From: Octopus vulgaris | Lineage: Eukaryota | Reading direction: 5' to 3' | Assembly: GCA_951406725.2 (NCBI GenBank) | Contig: OX597815.1 | Location: 159,464,001-159,528,000 of the forward strand | DNA length: 64,000 bases | Part shown: piece after piece, positions 13,669 to 25,264 of the stretch | How the letters are laid out: the number at the start of each line of letters is the position of its first letter | Numbering within the stretch: position 1 is the stretch's first letter | Made by a program: the position numbers and the translations under genes | Notes under the pieces: generated by a model | The model's database searches: none | What the model was told of the DNA's origin: nothing | What the model saw: only the letters and a program-made list of their open reading frames with translations

Positions 13669-13706
13669 CTCTGAGAATTTTAATGATTCCAATCACTTGT
13701 TACATG
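13669..13706 (+). CDS. Candidate small internal exon of the host gene (SENFNDSNHLLH)
   Basis: Acceptor ctattcttattcag and donor G|gtgaat. It is 38 nt, phase 2 to phase 1, and its final G joins TG of the 20830 exon to give Val in frame. Short enough to be chance. Confidence 0.4.
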
Positions 13707-14552
13707 GTGAATATTATGGTTTGGGGTTAAGGTTCATATCCAAGTAAGACTTCATAAATTCCTGCAATATGGTCGTTATTTTCGAGTTCTATATCAGTTA
13801 TTCATTTTAAAGCTAATAATTCTAATTTATCAACTGACATTTTAGGAAATATCTTATAATGTATACCATTATATTACCAAGCTATCCTTCCTATTGCATA
13901 CAGGTTTTGGGCCAACTTAATATTTGAGATATTGATGATCAATAATCTTGCATACTGAATGTGTCTAGAACAAGTTTATTCTTTTATTGCATTTCAGACA
14001 CAGGTCTGATACTGTAATAAACACCTAGGATTAGTAACAATAACCATAGACAAAAGAATATGCTTTGGTTTGTTTGCAGAAACTTTTAATGATGTAGCTA
14101 TTGTGAATAGAGGTTTTTCACCAGCTTTCATGCCAACCATATTACTTTCATTATATCAATTTTACTTCATTATGGTTTCTACACAACATACTTTTCTATG
14201 ATATAAAATATATTTCATTGTTGAGCAGGCCTTGTTAGGATGAAGTTTATGCATTAAGTCTTACCAGGATTCTTAATGAATGAATAAGTGCCAGCTGTGT
14301 TCTGGACATGCTGTCAATATATTACAAATATAGACATATACTTCTCATTTCAAAGGTGATAAAAAAAATTTGTCTATTGAAGAAAATTTAGCTGGTAAAT
14401 TGTCAAGTTAAGTGTTCTTGTATCTTTGTCACTGGCTCAAAATATCTGAAACCTCAAGTGTTTTGTTTAATATCAAAACAGTTGATGTTTCAAATAAATT
14501 TTGAACCAGTGACATGGATACAAAGTGGTAACTTGGAGAAAGCATGTAACTA

Positions 14553-14787
14553 CAGGGTGGTCACTAGAAAAGCAGAAAATGTAAAGGCAAAACTAACAAG
14601 CTATAATTAGATCATCGATATACTGTTTAATAGGTAGTTTCTGATTCATTGTTATCAAACATTTTAAACATTTGTGTGTGTTAATATGATATCACGCTTT
14701 GTGATGTCTATTGTTTATCTCAAATACATCTTGTGAAAATATAAAACGGCATTTCACGAATTTTCCACTTTTCTAGTAACCACCCTG
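14553..14787. mobile_element. Tc1/mariner-type MITE
   Basis: TA-cagggtggtcactagaaaag...cttttctagtaaccaccctg-TA terminal inverted repeats with TA duplication. Confidence 0.85.
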
Positions 14788-16444
14788 TAATTCCAGAAAT
14801 AGGAATTTCCTGAGGCAGATGCACTGATGCTTTATATATTTCACTTATCTTGGTAAATGGTATTAATCCTTGAACATTTAAACCAGCCATATCCGGCCCA
14901 AATATTCCAGTTGTTCAAGCCATGGTAGATCTGGCTTCTCATACCTACCCTACACTGACATCCCTAAAATAAACAACCACATTGTTAAAATCTTGAAGCT
15001 ACAAGATAATGAATGATAAAGCAATGAAAATAAATAAACATTACATTTTACAGAGTAATCTGAATGTTAAAGGGTTAATGATCAAGAATATGCTGATTTC
15101 TAAGATCACAGCAGTATGTCTTTTGGAAAGTAATGTACAATGCTTTGTATGATAGGTACAAGGCATTCATTGCAAAAGAGATATGACATTTTTTTCCAGC
15201 ATACAAGTCAAGATAGTAAATATTGTAAATGTAGTGTAAGTGTTCAAATATCACTACTATCTTTCCAAATTTTGCTGCATTTCACATGGAAATTTTGGTC
15301 TTCTAAAGCCATCTTGGTGTTTAAATCAGCCTTTTGTCTTTTAGTGGTGAATTTTGTTCTGAAAAATTTGACTTGCATGCTGGAAAATACAGTAATCTAT
15401 GAAATCAGCCCCAATGTTTAACTGGTATTATATTTTATGATCACAGAAGAATGGTCAGCAAAGTTAATATCAGGAGGATTTTAAACTTTAAACTGTAAAG
15501 CAGTGTTATTAAACACTGCATGTATTTTGACTGATGTTCTTATGATTCTGCCAAGCCACTGATTTCTTAATCATGAACAGTGATACAGATACTGCAATTG
15601 GTTAAAGATTTCTTGTGGTAAGCATGTGTGAAGGCATGTGGTCTGGTGGTTAGGGTGTTGTATTGATGCTTGCGAGATTGTGGTTTCAGTTCCCAGACCA
15701 TCAGTGCATTGTGTTCTTGAGCAAAACACTTTGTTTCACAGCAACTGTTCAACATACATTAACTATGTAAATATAAATCTCATTCTTTTCTAATCAGCGT
15801 ATGTATACCTTTGTTTTTCTGTCTAAGAAATATTACTTGATAATATGCTTTTAGTTCTTCATGAAAGAACAGCCTTAAGTGAAAAGTTTCTAAAATCTTA
15901 TAGGAGAAAAAAATAAAAGTAAAAGGTAAAAGTTATTACTGCAAACAATTCTTTGCAAAGCAAATATATAAGTAAGTATCAAATGAACTGAAGGAGTTCC
16001 TACATGGTTCTTCATCCTGCTAAAATTGCAACCAACTTCTCTGATCAGAGTCTACATCTAAAAAAGGAAGGACACATTAGACAATGTAGTTCTAGATCTA
16101 TAGAAGGGGTGGACTGTCTGTTGGAATTCTTTTTATCATTGCTGCTGGTTTAGTTTTTCAAACTAACATAAGGCATTAAAGCAAATTACATATTTCGAGA
16201 TACTCATAGTCTTATCACTGTATCAACCAGACTATCAGATGCTGTTATACACCACCGAACACAATGCACTTCTTTGCACTCTTGTAGCTTTTGAATGATG
16301 CCATTCCACTGACTAGGCAGGCAGGACAACATTCTCCCTCACTGGGGTGCCAATCTGTTGCAGGGTTTCTGATTTACGACAGAATGGACTGGAGCAATGT
16401 GAAAAAAAGTGTTTTGCTCAAAGTATTACTGTGCACAGTAATAC

Positions 16445-17197
16445 TTTGGAATCTGGCTTGGAAGTTGTTTTTTGCAAGTGAGTCAAAGACCTGAGATTCT
16501 CTCTTGATTTCGACAACAATATTAAAACGGCAACCTTTGACCGCATTTTCATCTTGGGGAAGAGATGCAAGTCTCTGCTGAACAGGGCAGGTGTGGAAGC
16601 AAATACCATGTTCCTTTTGGTGAGAAACTCACAAGCGAGGAGAGCTCAGTGAGAGGTTGCATTTTCATTGTGAAGAATCCAATTCTTTATGCTCCACAGA
16701 TCTGGTCGCTTTTACTAAATGTCTTCCCTTAAACACTTTAAGACATTACTCACTTTCCTCTGACAATCCTTATGCACAAGCTGAGGATTTTTTTCACATT
16801 TGTTGGGGTGATGCTTGTGGCAGGTCTTCAAGATCACTCATCATCTTCTAGGAATGCTCTTCTGCCTTTGAAGTGCTCATACCACTCAAAATATTTCATT
16901 GTCATAAGCTTGCCAAAGCATGCTCAATGTTTCCATTGTAGACTTCCCAAATTTAACACAAAATTTCACGTTGGCTCTTTGTTCCAAGTTTCTTTCCATG
17001 ACAAAAATCGCAGACTACAGCCTACATGTGATCATAAAAACATAAATTTCACAACTTGCAAAGTAAACACAGCATTGTCACTTGGTGCACTGCCTCATGA
17101 AGGTTACTGCTAGCTCTCACTGCACGCACAATCATGTACTGCCATCTGTTGGCATGCTGCAGATCTAGTCCGAGAACTTTTTGATACTACCTCATAT
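16445..17197 (-). pseudogene. Decayed, internally deleted mariner transposon
   Basis: The minus strand from ATG at 16999 reads MERNLEQRANVKFCVKFGKSTMETLSMLWQAYDNE..FEWYEHFK..LEDDE, and later HLFPKMKM. TIR-like gaggtagtatcaaaaagttctcggactag at the right end. Confidence 0.85.
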
Positions 17198-17218
17198 ATG
17201 CATATATGTATACACACA

Positions 17219-17256
<38 letters not shown>

Positions 17257-17469
17257 GATATGTTGGTGCAAAAAGGGAAAATAGAACTCAAAAAATTAGT
17301 ATATGTACATTTTTATCAATATTTATCACAGGTAACAGAGTGACTCAAGGTCTCAGAGTTTCGTGTGTTGGTACTTACCAAATGTTTGGTAGATGCCAAT
17401 CCATGAAACTCTCAGACCTTGAGTCACTCTGTTACTTCTGCTAAATATTGATATATATATATATATATA

Positions 17470-17858
17470 GGCGCAGAAGTGGCTGTGTGGTAAGTAGCTT
17501 GCTTACTAACCACATGGTTACGAGTTCAGTTCCACTGCATGGCACCTTGGGCAAGTGTCTTTTACTATAGCCTCTGGCCGACCAAAGGCTTGTGAGTGGA
17601 TTTGGTAGACGGAAACTGTAAGAAGCTCGTCATATATATGTATGTGTGTGTATATGTTTGTGTGTTTGTTTTTGTACCCCCAACAACACTTGACAACCGA
17701 TGCGGGTGTGTTTACGTCCACGTAACTTAGTGGTTCGGCAAAAGAGACCGATAGAATAAGTACTAGGCTTACAAAGAATAAGTCCTGTGGTTGATTTGCT
17801 CGACTAAAAGGGGTGCTCCAGTATGGCCGCAGTCAAATGACTGAAACAAGTAAAAGAG
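17470..17858 (+). mobile_element. SINE family A, full-length copy
   Basis: Colinear and highly similar to 3047-3477; inserted in (TA)n. Confidence 0.9.
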
Positions 17859-20829
17859 TATATATATATATATGTATGTATGTATGTATCTATCTATCTG
17901 TATATACATACATACACACACAACTTGGTAAACAAATATAGTAAGCTGGTTGCTAACACAAATCTGTAAAAGGAAAACAGAGATCACATATAATACCATT
18001 ATTTTATGTTGTATAAGAACTACTCAAGGGTAAAGAAAACATGAGTGTTTTCTTCTGACTGCTGCCTCTCTGGGAGAAAAACAAAATATGCTGAATTGTA
18101 GGTGACAAAAGTATTGTAAAGTATGTTATAATTCAATTTGAGAAAGATAAATCACACAGCTGTGCTTTCTTTTAATTTTAGAGAGAGGAAATCAAAAGAT
18201 TCTCTAGACTGGCTGGAAAATGATATTTGTAAGTAAACTGAACTTAAAACCTTTGTGCTTTTACTTTCTTTTGTTGGTCAAATTCTATTTGTTGTTCCTA
18301 AGATTTAACTATAGAATATCATGTTGTCTTTGATATGTGGAATGTCTTTGATTTTCTAAGAAGGGAAAAAAATAAATTCCAACCTGGTGTAGAATTTTTG
18401 TTTTCTGCTGATTCTCATGTTATTACTATTTCTTATTAAAGGGGGAAACAAAATATGAAGGAAGTTTATTATATATAAGGGGGGAAAAAAACACATTAAA
18501 CTGTGGCGCAAACATATTTCAGTTACACACACACACACACACTCACACACATTCTCAAACTGTAAATATATTAAACTTAGTTTATTCTTTTGACATCTGT
18601 GGTAAGTTTGAACATACGTTCTCCATTTCTTTATTAAAAATACTTTTGATATTAAAATTACTGGGGCTTTTTGTTGTTCATTCCTTTTTCAGAAACTATT
18701 AAAGTTTATTATTTCTTTAGCTACCGGGTTGACGTTAATATATTTCAGAACATTTCTGTCAGTACTGACAGTGTTGTTTAGTTTTGGTGGAAAATAAGTT
18801 GTCAAAATTATTAAAATGGATTGAGTCTTAAGTCTTACATATTCTGAGTTTTAATTCTTACAAATCCAGTAAGAAATGTTTAATGGGTAAAAAGTATAAT
18901 GTGCTTAAAGACATATTTGAGAAGAGAAATCTGTAATATCCTCTCAGTTTATTAATTTTCTTATTTTATTCAGCGAGCTGGCAATATCGTTAATGAATTG
19001 AACAAAATACGCTTAAGAGCATTTCATCTGTCTTTTACATTCTGAGTTCAAATGCCGCAGAGGCTGACTTTGCTTTCAGCCTTTTAGGGTTAATAGAGTA
19101 AGTATCGATTGTGACCATTGCCAGCCTCCTCTGGCACCTGTGCTGGTGGCACGCAAAAAGCACTCGCTACACTCATGGAGTGGTTGGTGTTAAGAAGGAC
19201 ATCCAGCTGTAGAAACTCTGCCAGATCAAACTGGAGCCTGGTGCAGCCTCCTGGCTTCCAAGACCCTGGTCAAACCATCCAAACCATGCTAGCATGGAAA
19301 ACGGACGTTAAATGATGATGATGAAGATGATTATTATTATTAAGGCATCCTGGCAGAATTGTTAGCATGCCAGGCAAAATGCTTAGTACCATTCCATCCA
19401 TCTTTACAGAGTTCAAATGTCACTGAGTTCTACTTTGCTTTTCATCATTTCAGGGTCAATAAAATAAGTACCAAGTGAGCCCTGGGGTAGATGTAATTGA
19501 CTTACTCCCTCCCCAAACTTGCTAGCTCCATGCCAAAATGATGATGATGATCCATCATCATCATCATCATCATTATTATTATTATTAGCAGCAGCAACAG
19601 AATCCAGTTTGCTGCAAATATTCAAGTCCAGTCTACAGCCTGGAGATAGTTTGATCCCTTCCTCTTATTAGTCACATACACTCTGGAAAAGGAGCTGTTG
19701 GTGCTGCCCTTCTTTATTTGACTCCATCATTACATATATGTAGAGTCATGTAAATGACCACCAAGTTCTGGAGTAACTTTTGATAGCTGTTGCTTGCTTG
19801 ACACCTGTTTACTTGATTTCATTGAGGGAGAAATAAATCTTTCGCTGGATGAGAAAATTAGTCATAATTAATTTTGTCTTCACATGGTTTGGTACATATT
19901 TATAACAGACAGTCTGCATGTTGTACAAAACGCTTAGCAGTATTTTGCCTGTTGCTGTGTTCTGAGTTCAAATTCTACTGAGGTCGACTTTGCATTTCAT
20001 CCTTTCAGGGTTGATAATTAAGTAGCAGTTGCGTACTGGGGTTGATCTAATTGACAGCTCCCTCCCCCAAAATTTCGGACCTAGAATAGAAAAGAATATG
20101 CATCTTCTACTAATTGAATATATTTTTCAAATATATAGCAACACAGTGAAATTGAACTCCAGATCTATGGACTATATGTCCAATTCTTTCTTTATTCATC
20201 CTTACCACTTCCACTGTATTGTGAAATATTATTAACATGTATTTGAAATACTTGTTAAATGGATAAGGTGATAATTTTCTGGACTAGTGAACTTGTCTTT
20301 ATAGCATATCATTACAATATTTATATTTGTAATACTATGTGTTGATCATTTCAATTTCCAGTTGTCATCAGGTGTCTTTATTTCTCCATGTATAAATGTT
20401 CCCCAATGAAAGATACAATTTAGGAAATGCTACTTCATAACTAAGGTTTGTAATGTTCCTGTCTGCTACCAAACCACAGACACACATATATATTCAGGAA
20501 TAAGACATCTGATGACATTTAGAAATTGAACTAGACATGCATTCTAAAGATGAAGTTAATAGCCTGGAAAATTAAATCTTCATAACATCTCTTAGACATG
20601 GACAATTGTTATGCGTTGTTTCCAACAAAAGGCTTGAAGCCTGAGATTATTAAGAGAAAGAAATAGAGCTTTGTGACATTAGTTGTTAATTGTGTTTAGA
20701 ATACAGTTTATTGATATTTGGAGATATTGTATAATTTACCAATTTGCAAGATTTACATGAAAATTTTATTTGAAGACTTTTAATCTTGAATTTATTATTA
20801 TTCTTCTTCATCAACGTTTACTTTTCAAG

Positions 20830-21145
20830 TGCCCAAACATTTACATTGCCACGACAACCATACTAGTAACTGTTCCAGAGGATCTAATATGGAACCATCT
20901 TCAAATTATCAAGAAGATATTGTTGATAGACTTGAAGAACCATTGAAAGACTTTCAGCTTTCTTCGCCTTCCAAGAATGGTAAGTTAACACCATTTGACA
21001 GTCACTCTCTTGACGAAGAACTGGAAACAGCTCACCAATCAACAATTAGATTAAGGAATATGTTGGATAAAATTGAAAGGCATGTCAGTCTCTCAAGCAG
21101 ATCTGGATCTTCCCAAGACACACCAGAACCTTCATCACCTGGCAG
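20830..21145 (+). CDS. Internal coding exon of an unidentified host gene (Ser-rich, predicted helical patch SLDEELETAHQSTIRLRNMLDKIERH)
   Basis: Acceptor tttacttttcaag and donor GGCAG|gtaagt. 316 nt of open, non-repetitive frame (ORF 20829-21149), phase 1 to phase 2. Confidence 0.8.
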
Positions 21146-21518
21146 GTAAGTTCAATACTAACCAATATTTAATTAAATTTGTCTGAAAATTTTGTTTAAA
21201 TTTCAGTTTTTAATTATGATTTCACTTGATCTGAATAATTTTTAATATGAAGTTCTCTATTTTTTATTAAACGTATTTTATAATTCTATACCACTTACTC
21301 TGGCATATATGTCAACATTGTATGTTGTGTAATGATGTAGTGTAAACATTCAAACATCATCACTCTCTTCCCAAATCCTGTTATATTTCTCTTGGAATTT
21401 TTAGTCCTTCAAAGTTGTTTTGGTGTATGAATGGACCAAATTTTTTTTTTTTTTATCCCTTTTGGCTGAAAAATTTGACTTGTATGCCAAAAAAATGTTA
21501 CAATCAGTTTAGGATTAA

Positions 21519-21740
21519 CCCTTTTGATACCAACCCGGCTAAATCTGCCTCTGGCTCTGTAGTACAAATGTCTTGTTTTCATAAGTTTTGAATTAAAATC
21601 TTCCACCAAACCTTAGTCACAATTTATGTTCTTAACATTAGCTTAATGACAACTAAGTTATTTTACAAAATTCTTTGTTATATTTATAATTAATTGAAAG
21701 AAACACAGAGCATCTCAACAGAAATATGGTAACAAAGGGG
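21519..21740. mobile_element. piggyBac-type MITE family 1 (also 50588-50809 and 52892-53109)
   Basis: TTAA-cccttttgatacc...ggtaacaaagggg-TTAA; three colinear copies of about 220 bp. Confidence 0.85.
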
Positions 21741-21827
21741 TTAATACCTGTGTATGTGTGTGTGTGTGAGAAATTTTTAATTTTTGTAATTTTAATTTGG
21801 TTATAATTTTTTTTCTCCTGGAATCAG

Positions 21828-21904
21828 TGTCACCTCCCTTCACACTATTCTTGATGAGGAATTTCAAAAAAACAAGTGTGACAGCCTTAATGAAGAAATG
21901 CAAG
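21828..21904 (+). CDS. Internal coding exon (S)VTSLHTILDEEFQKNKCDSLNEEMQ
   Basis: T-rich tract then gaatcag acceptor; donor CAAG|gtttgt. 77 nt, phase 2 to phase 1; AG+T gives Ser and continues the previous exon as PSSPGSVTSLH. Confidence 0.75.
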
Positions 21905-21977
21905 GTTTGTAATAATTTTTTTTATCTTTTGATGTCATTTATTTCAGATTCTTCCTCTTGGCGATGCAGAGTTTTTA

Positions 21978-22343
21978 TCTTTCTAATATGGGATGAATGG
22001 ACCATCATCAATGGCCTTAGTAAACTCTGCTTTCTAATATGGATGAATGGATCGTGATTGTCTGCCTTAATAAACTCTGTTTTCTAATATGGATGGATGG
22101 ATTACCATCGTCTACCTTAAACTCTGCTTTCTAATATGGATGAATGGTTCATGATTGTCTGCCTTAATAAATTCTGCATTCTAATATGGATGAATGGATC
22201 ATGATTGTCTGCCTTAATTAACTCTGCTTTCTGGATGGATGGATTACCATCGTCTACCTTAAACTCTGCTTTCTAATATGGATGGATGGATCACCATCGT
22301 CTACCTTAAATTCTACTTTCTAATGTGGATGGATGGATCACCA
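21978..22343. repeat. Minisatellite with 50-bp and 47-bp variant units
   Basis: Shared taaactctgctttctaatatggatg(a/g)atggat, followed by either catgattgtctgccttaa (A) or (t/c)accatcgtctacct (B). About 8 units. Confidence 0.95.
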
Positions 22344-22409
22344 GTGGTTTGGTTCACTGCTGAGGTGTTCTTCCGCTCTGCTTCTCTGCACTCTGCTTTT
22401 AAAAGCATA

Positions 22410-22625
22410 TGAAGCCACATGGCTTAGTGGTTAAGGTATTCAGATTATTTGGCTCATGACTGTAAGGTCGTGAGTTCATTTCTCAGTGGCATGTTATGCC
22501 CTGGAACATGACACTTTATTTCACATTGCTCCAGCTTACTCAGCTGGCAAACATGAGTAGTACCTGTATTTCAAAAGGTCAGCCTTGTCACATTCCATGT
22601 CATGCTGAATATCCTTGAGAACTAT
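22410..22625 (+). mobile_element. tRNA-type SINE family C
   Basis: tggcttagtggttaagg A box, gtgagttcatttc B box and cactttatttcacattgctccag body. Related pieces near 15632, 45895 (+) and 5100, 16340, 34680, 48000-48275 (-). Confidence 0.7.
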
Positions 22626-25264
22626 GTTAAGTGTCTTCTGCTACAGCCTCATACCAACCAAAACTTTCTGAGTGAATTTGGTAGACGGAAACTAAATGTC
22701 TGTTGTGTGAAAGTGCTCAGGCCCCTTAGACAGAGGGGTAAAATAGCTTGCATATATCTCAGTAGGCATGACAAAAAGATTGAAGAGAATATCGGGAAAA
22801 ACAATATTGCGAACTAATTTACATTATTGATAGCCTCATATCAATGTAAATTTTAAAATTTAAGAATTTGATAAAGAATTTTATTGCTGTCATAAATAAA
22901 TATATATGAATAATGACTTCTAAAGCAACAACAGTTGTAATGGAAAGCAATTATTCAAACGTCAGTCGTTACCATTTTATTTCATTATACAACTTTATAA
23001 ACAAATAAGCTATCTCAATTTTGTTATCAAAAGTAATTTTGAATAAAGAATTTTTACTAGCTTAGCATAATTAATTATCTAGAACTAAAACATCTCTCAT
23101 AGCTTTTTAATAGTAAAACATATTTTGTTTGTTTTTTCTTATATAATATTCTGCATTTAAGAACTAAATTGCAATCTATGAAAAGAGATTGTGATTATTT
23201 GAATACCAGTAATTCCAGACATTTTAGAAATGTTCAGTTATGTTACTTAAAGGCAAAAAAAAAAAAAATTCCTCAAATAATTTCATCCCAAACTTGCTCA
23301 ATTATCAAAATATCACGTATGATGTTTAATCCTTTATAAAAATGCTGAATGGCTGCAAGTAAAATTGATACATTCAAAAAAAAATATATATATATAAATG
23401 AAAATGAAAGAAAATTAGAAAACTAGAAAAAAAGTAGTGCGAGATTTAAATTGCTAATTTATATATGGAGAACGAAGTAAAAATATATCAAAGTAGCTGC
23501 ATTTCCAATTTATTTAGCTGAAGCGTTTAACTAAGTGCTGTACACCTGTTTTATGGATGTATCACAGGTGAAAGCTTAAGAAGTTTGCTTCACTCTTGCG
23601 AGGTCCTGGGTTTGATCCCACTGCTAGGCATCTTGAGCACGTGTCATTTACTCTAATCTTCAATTGATCCAAGCCTTGTGAGGAAAATTGGGTTGACAAA
23701 ATCCTGTTTGTGAACACATTGGATGGATTCAACATCATCATCAACATCATCATCATTATCATCATCATTATAATAAGGGGAGCTGGCAGAATTGTTAGCA
23801 CGCTGGACAAAATGCTTAGCAGTATTTCACCCATCACTCCATTCTGAGTTCAAATTCCACCAAGGTTGATTTCGCCTTTCATCCCTTTCAGGGTTGATAA
23901 AATAAGTGCCAGTTGAACACTGGGATCGATGTAATCGACTCATCACCTCCCCCAAAATTGCTGCCCTTGTGGCAAAATTTGAAACCATTATTATCATCAT
24001 CATTATTATTATAATGCTCAGGCTCCATTGTGGTTGCTATGGCTGGATGCCCTTCCTAATGCCAACCACTTTACAGAGTGAGCTGAGTGCTTTTTACATG
24101 ACACCAGCATGGGTGATTCTATGTGGCACCAGTACGAGCGCTTTTTATCTGGCACTGGCACAAGTTCTTTTTACATGGTACCAGCATAAGTGCTTCTTTC
24201 ATAGTGCCAACTTGTAATTGTAATTCCAAGGTCCAGTTGTTATGTTGTGCTGACTGTCTGATATTTACAATGTCTACGGAATACTCAGCCACTTACTAAT
24301 TTGATAGGCAGGTAGTTCACTTAACCCTTTAGCATTCAGATTACTCTGTCAAATGTAATGCTTATTTGAACACTACGTTCTGAGTTCAAATTCCTCCAAG
24401 GTCGACTTTGCCTTTCATCCTTTCGGGGTCGATTAAATAAGTACCAGTTACGCACTGGGGTCAATATAATCGACTTAATCCATTTGTCTGTCCTTGTTTG
24501 TCCTCTCTATGTTTAGCCCCTTGTGGGTAGTATAAAAATGTAATGCTTATTTATCGACATTGTTTTGAATTAATCATGTATTGTCCATAGCTTTGAGGTC
24601 TCAATTATGTGATTGCTTATTTTTAGAATGACATTGTAGGGTAGGTGTAAAAGGTTGAATATGGGTATTAGGGAATTTAGACCAGACCTGGGCAGTTTTA
24701 ACATTAAAAAGTGAAATAGTTGGGCTGGATACTTTGTCAAATGCAATACTTATTTATTCATTTCATAGTTTCAAGATTTTCATGATGTGATTGTAGTGTA
24801 GGTTTGAAATGTTGGATCTAGCCATCTTCAACATAACACAGAATATTCGGATTGGATATGGCTGGTTTATATGTTAAATGGTTAACCAAACACCGAAGTA
24901 CCCATTGTTGGAATCAACAGAAACTCATTTACTTGACGTTTTATTCATGTTTTACCGAAATGGAAAGCATGATGTGTTTATCAAGTCTCCTCTTTATAAG
25001 GAAATGCTTGTATCTAACTTCAAAATATTGATTGTTAATATGTTAATAGATTTAATTTAATAAAACACAGAAATTGAATTTTAAGACAATTGCTAGTTAA
25101 TTGGAAAATGATATATTTCTAAACTGAGTTTAGCATAGTTTGTTTGTTTGTGTATGTGTGTTGTGTTGTGTTGTGTGTGTGATAAATAAAATGTGTTGCT
25201 TATTGTCTATCTTTCTAAATTCAATTTTATCATTTTGCCTAGATTGTTTTGTATTGTAACTTGC

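Noticed and set aside
13998-14003. 6-nt microexon ACACAG after a good acceptor
   Set aside because: The donor gtctga is weak and this cannot be distinguished from chance without RNA data.
21978-22343. CRISPR-like constant/variable alternation (also 57608-57910)
   Set aside because: The variable parts are only two recurring types or diverged copies, not unique spacers. The context is eukaryotic and there are no cas genes.
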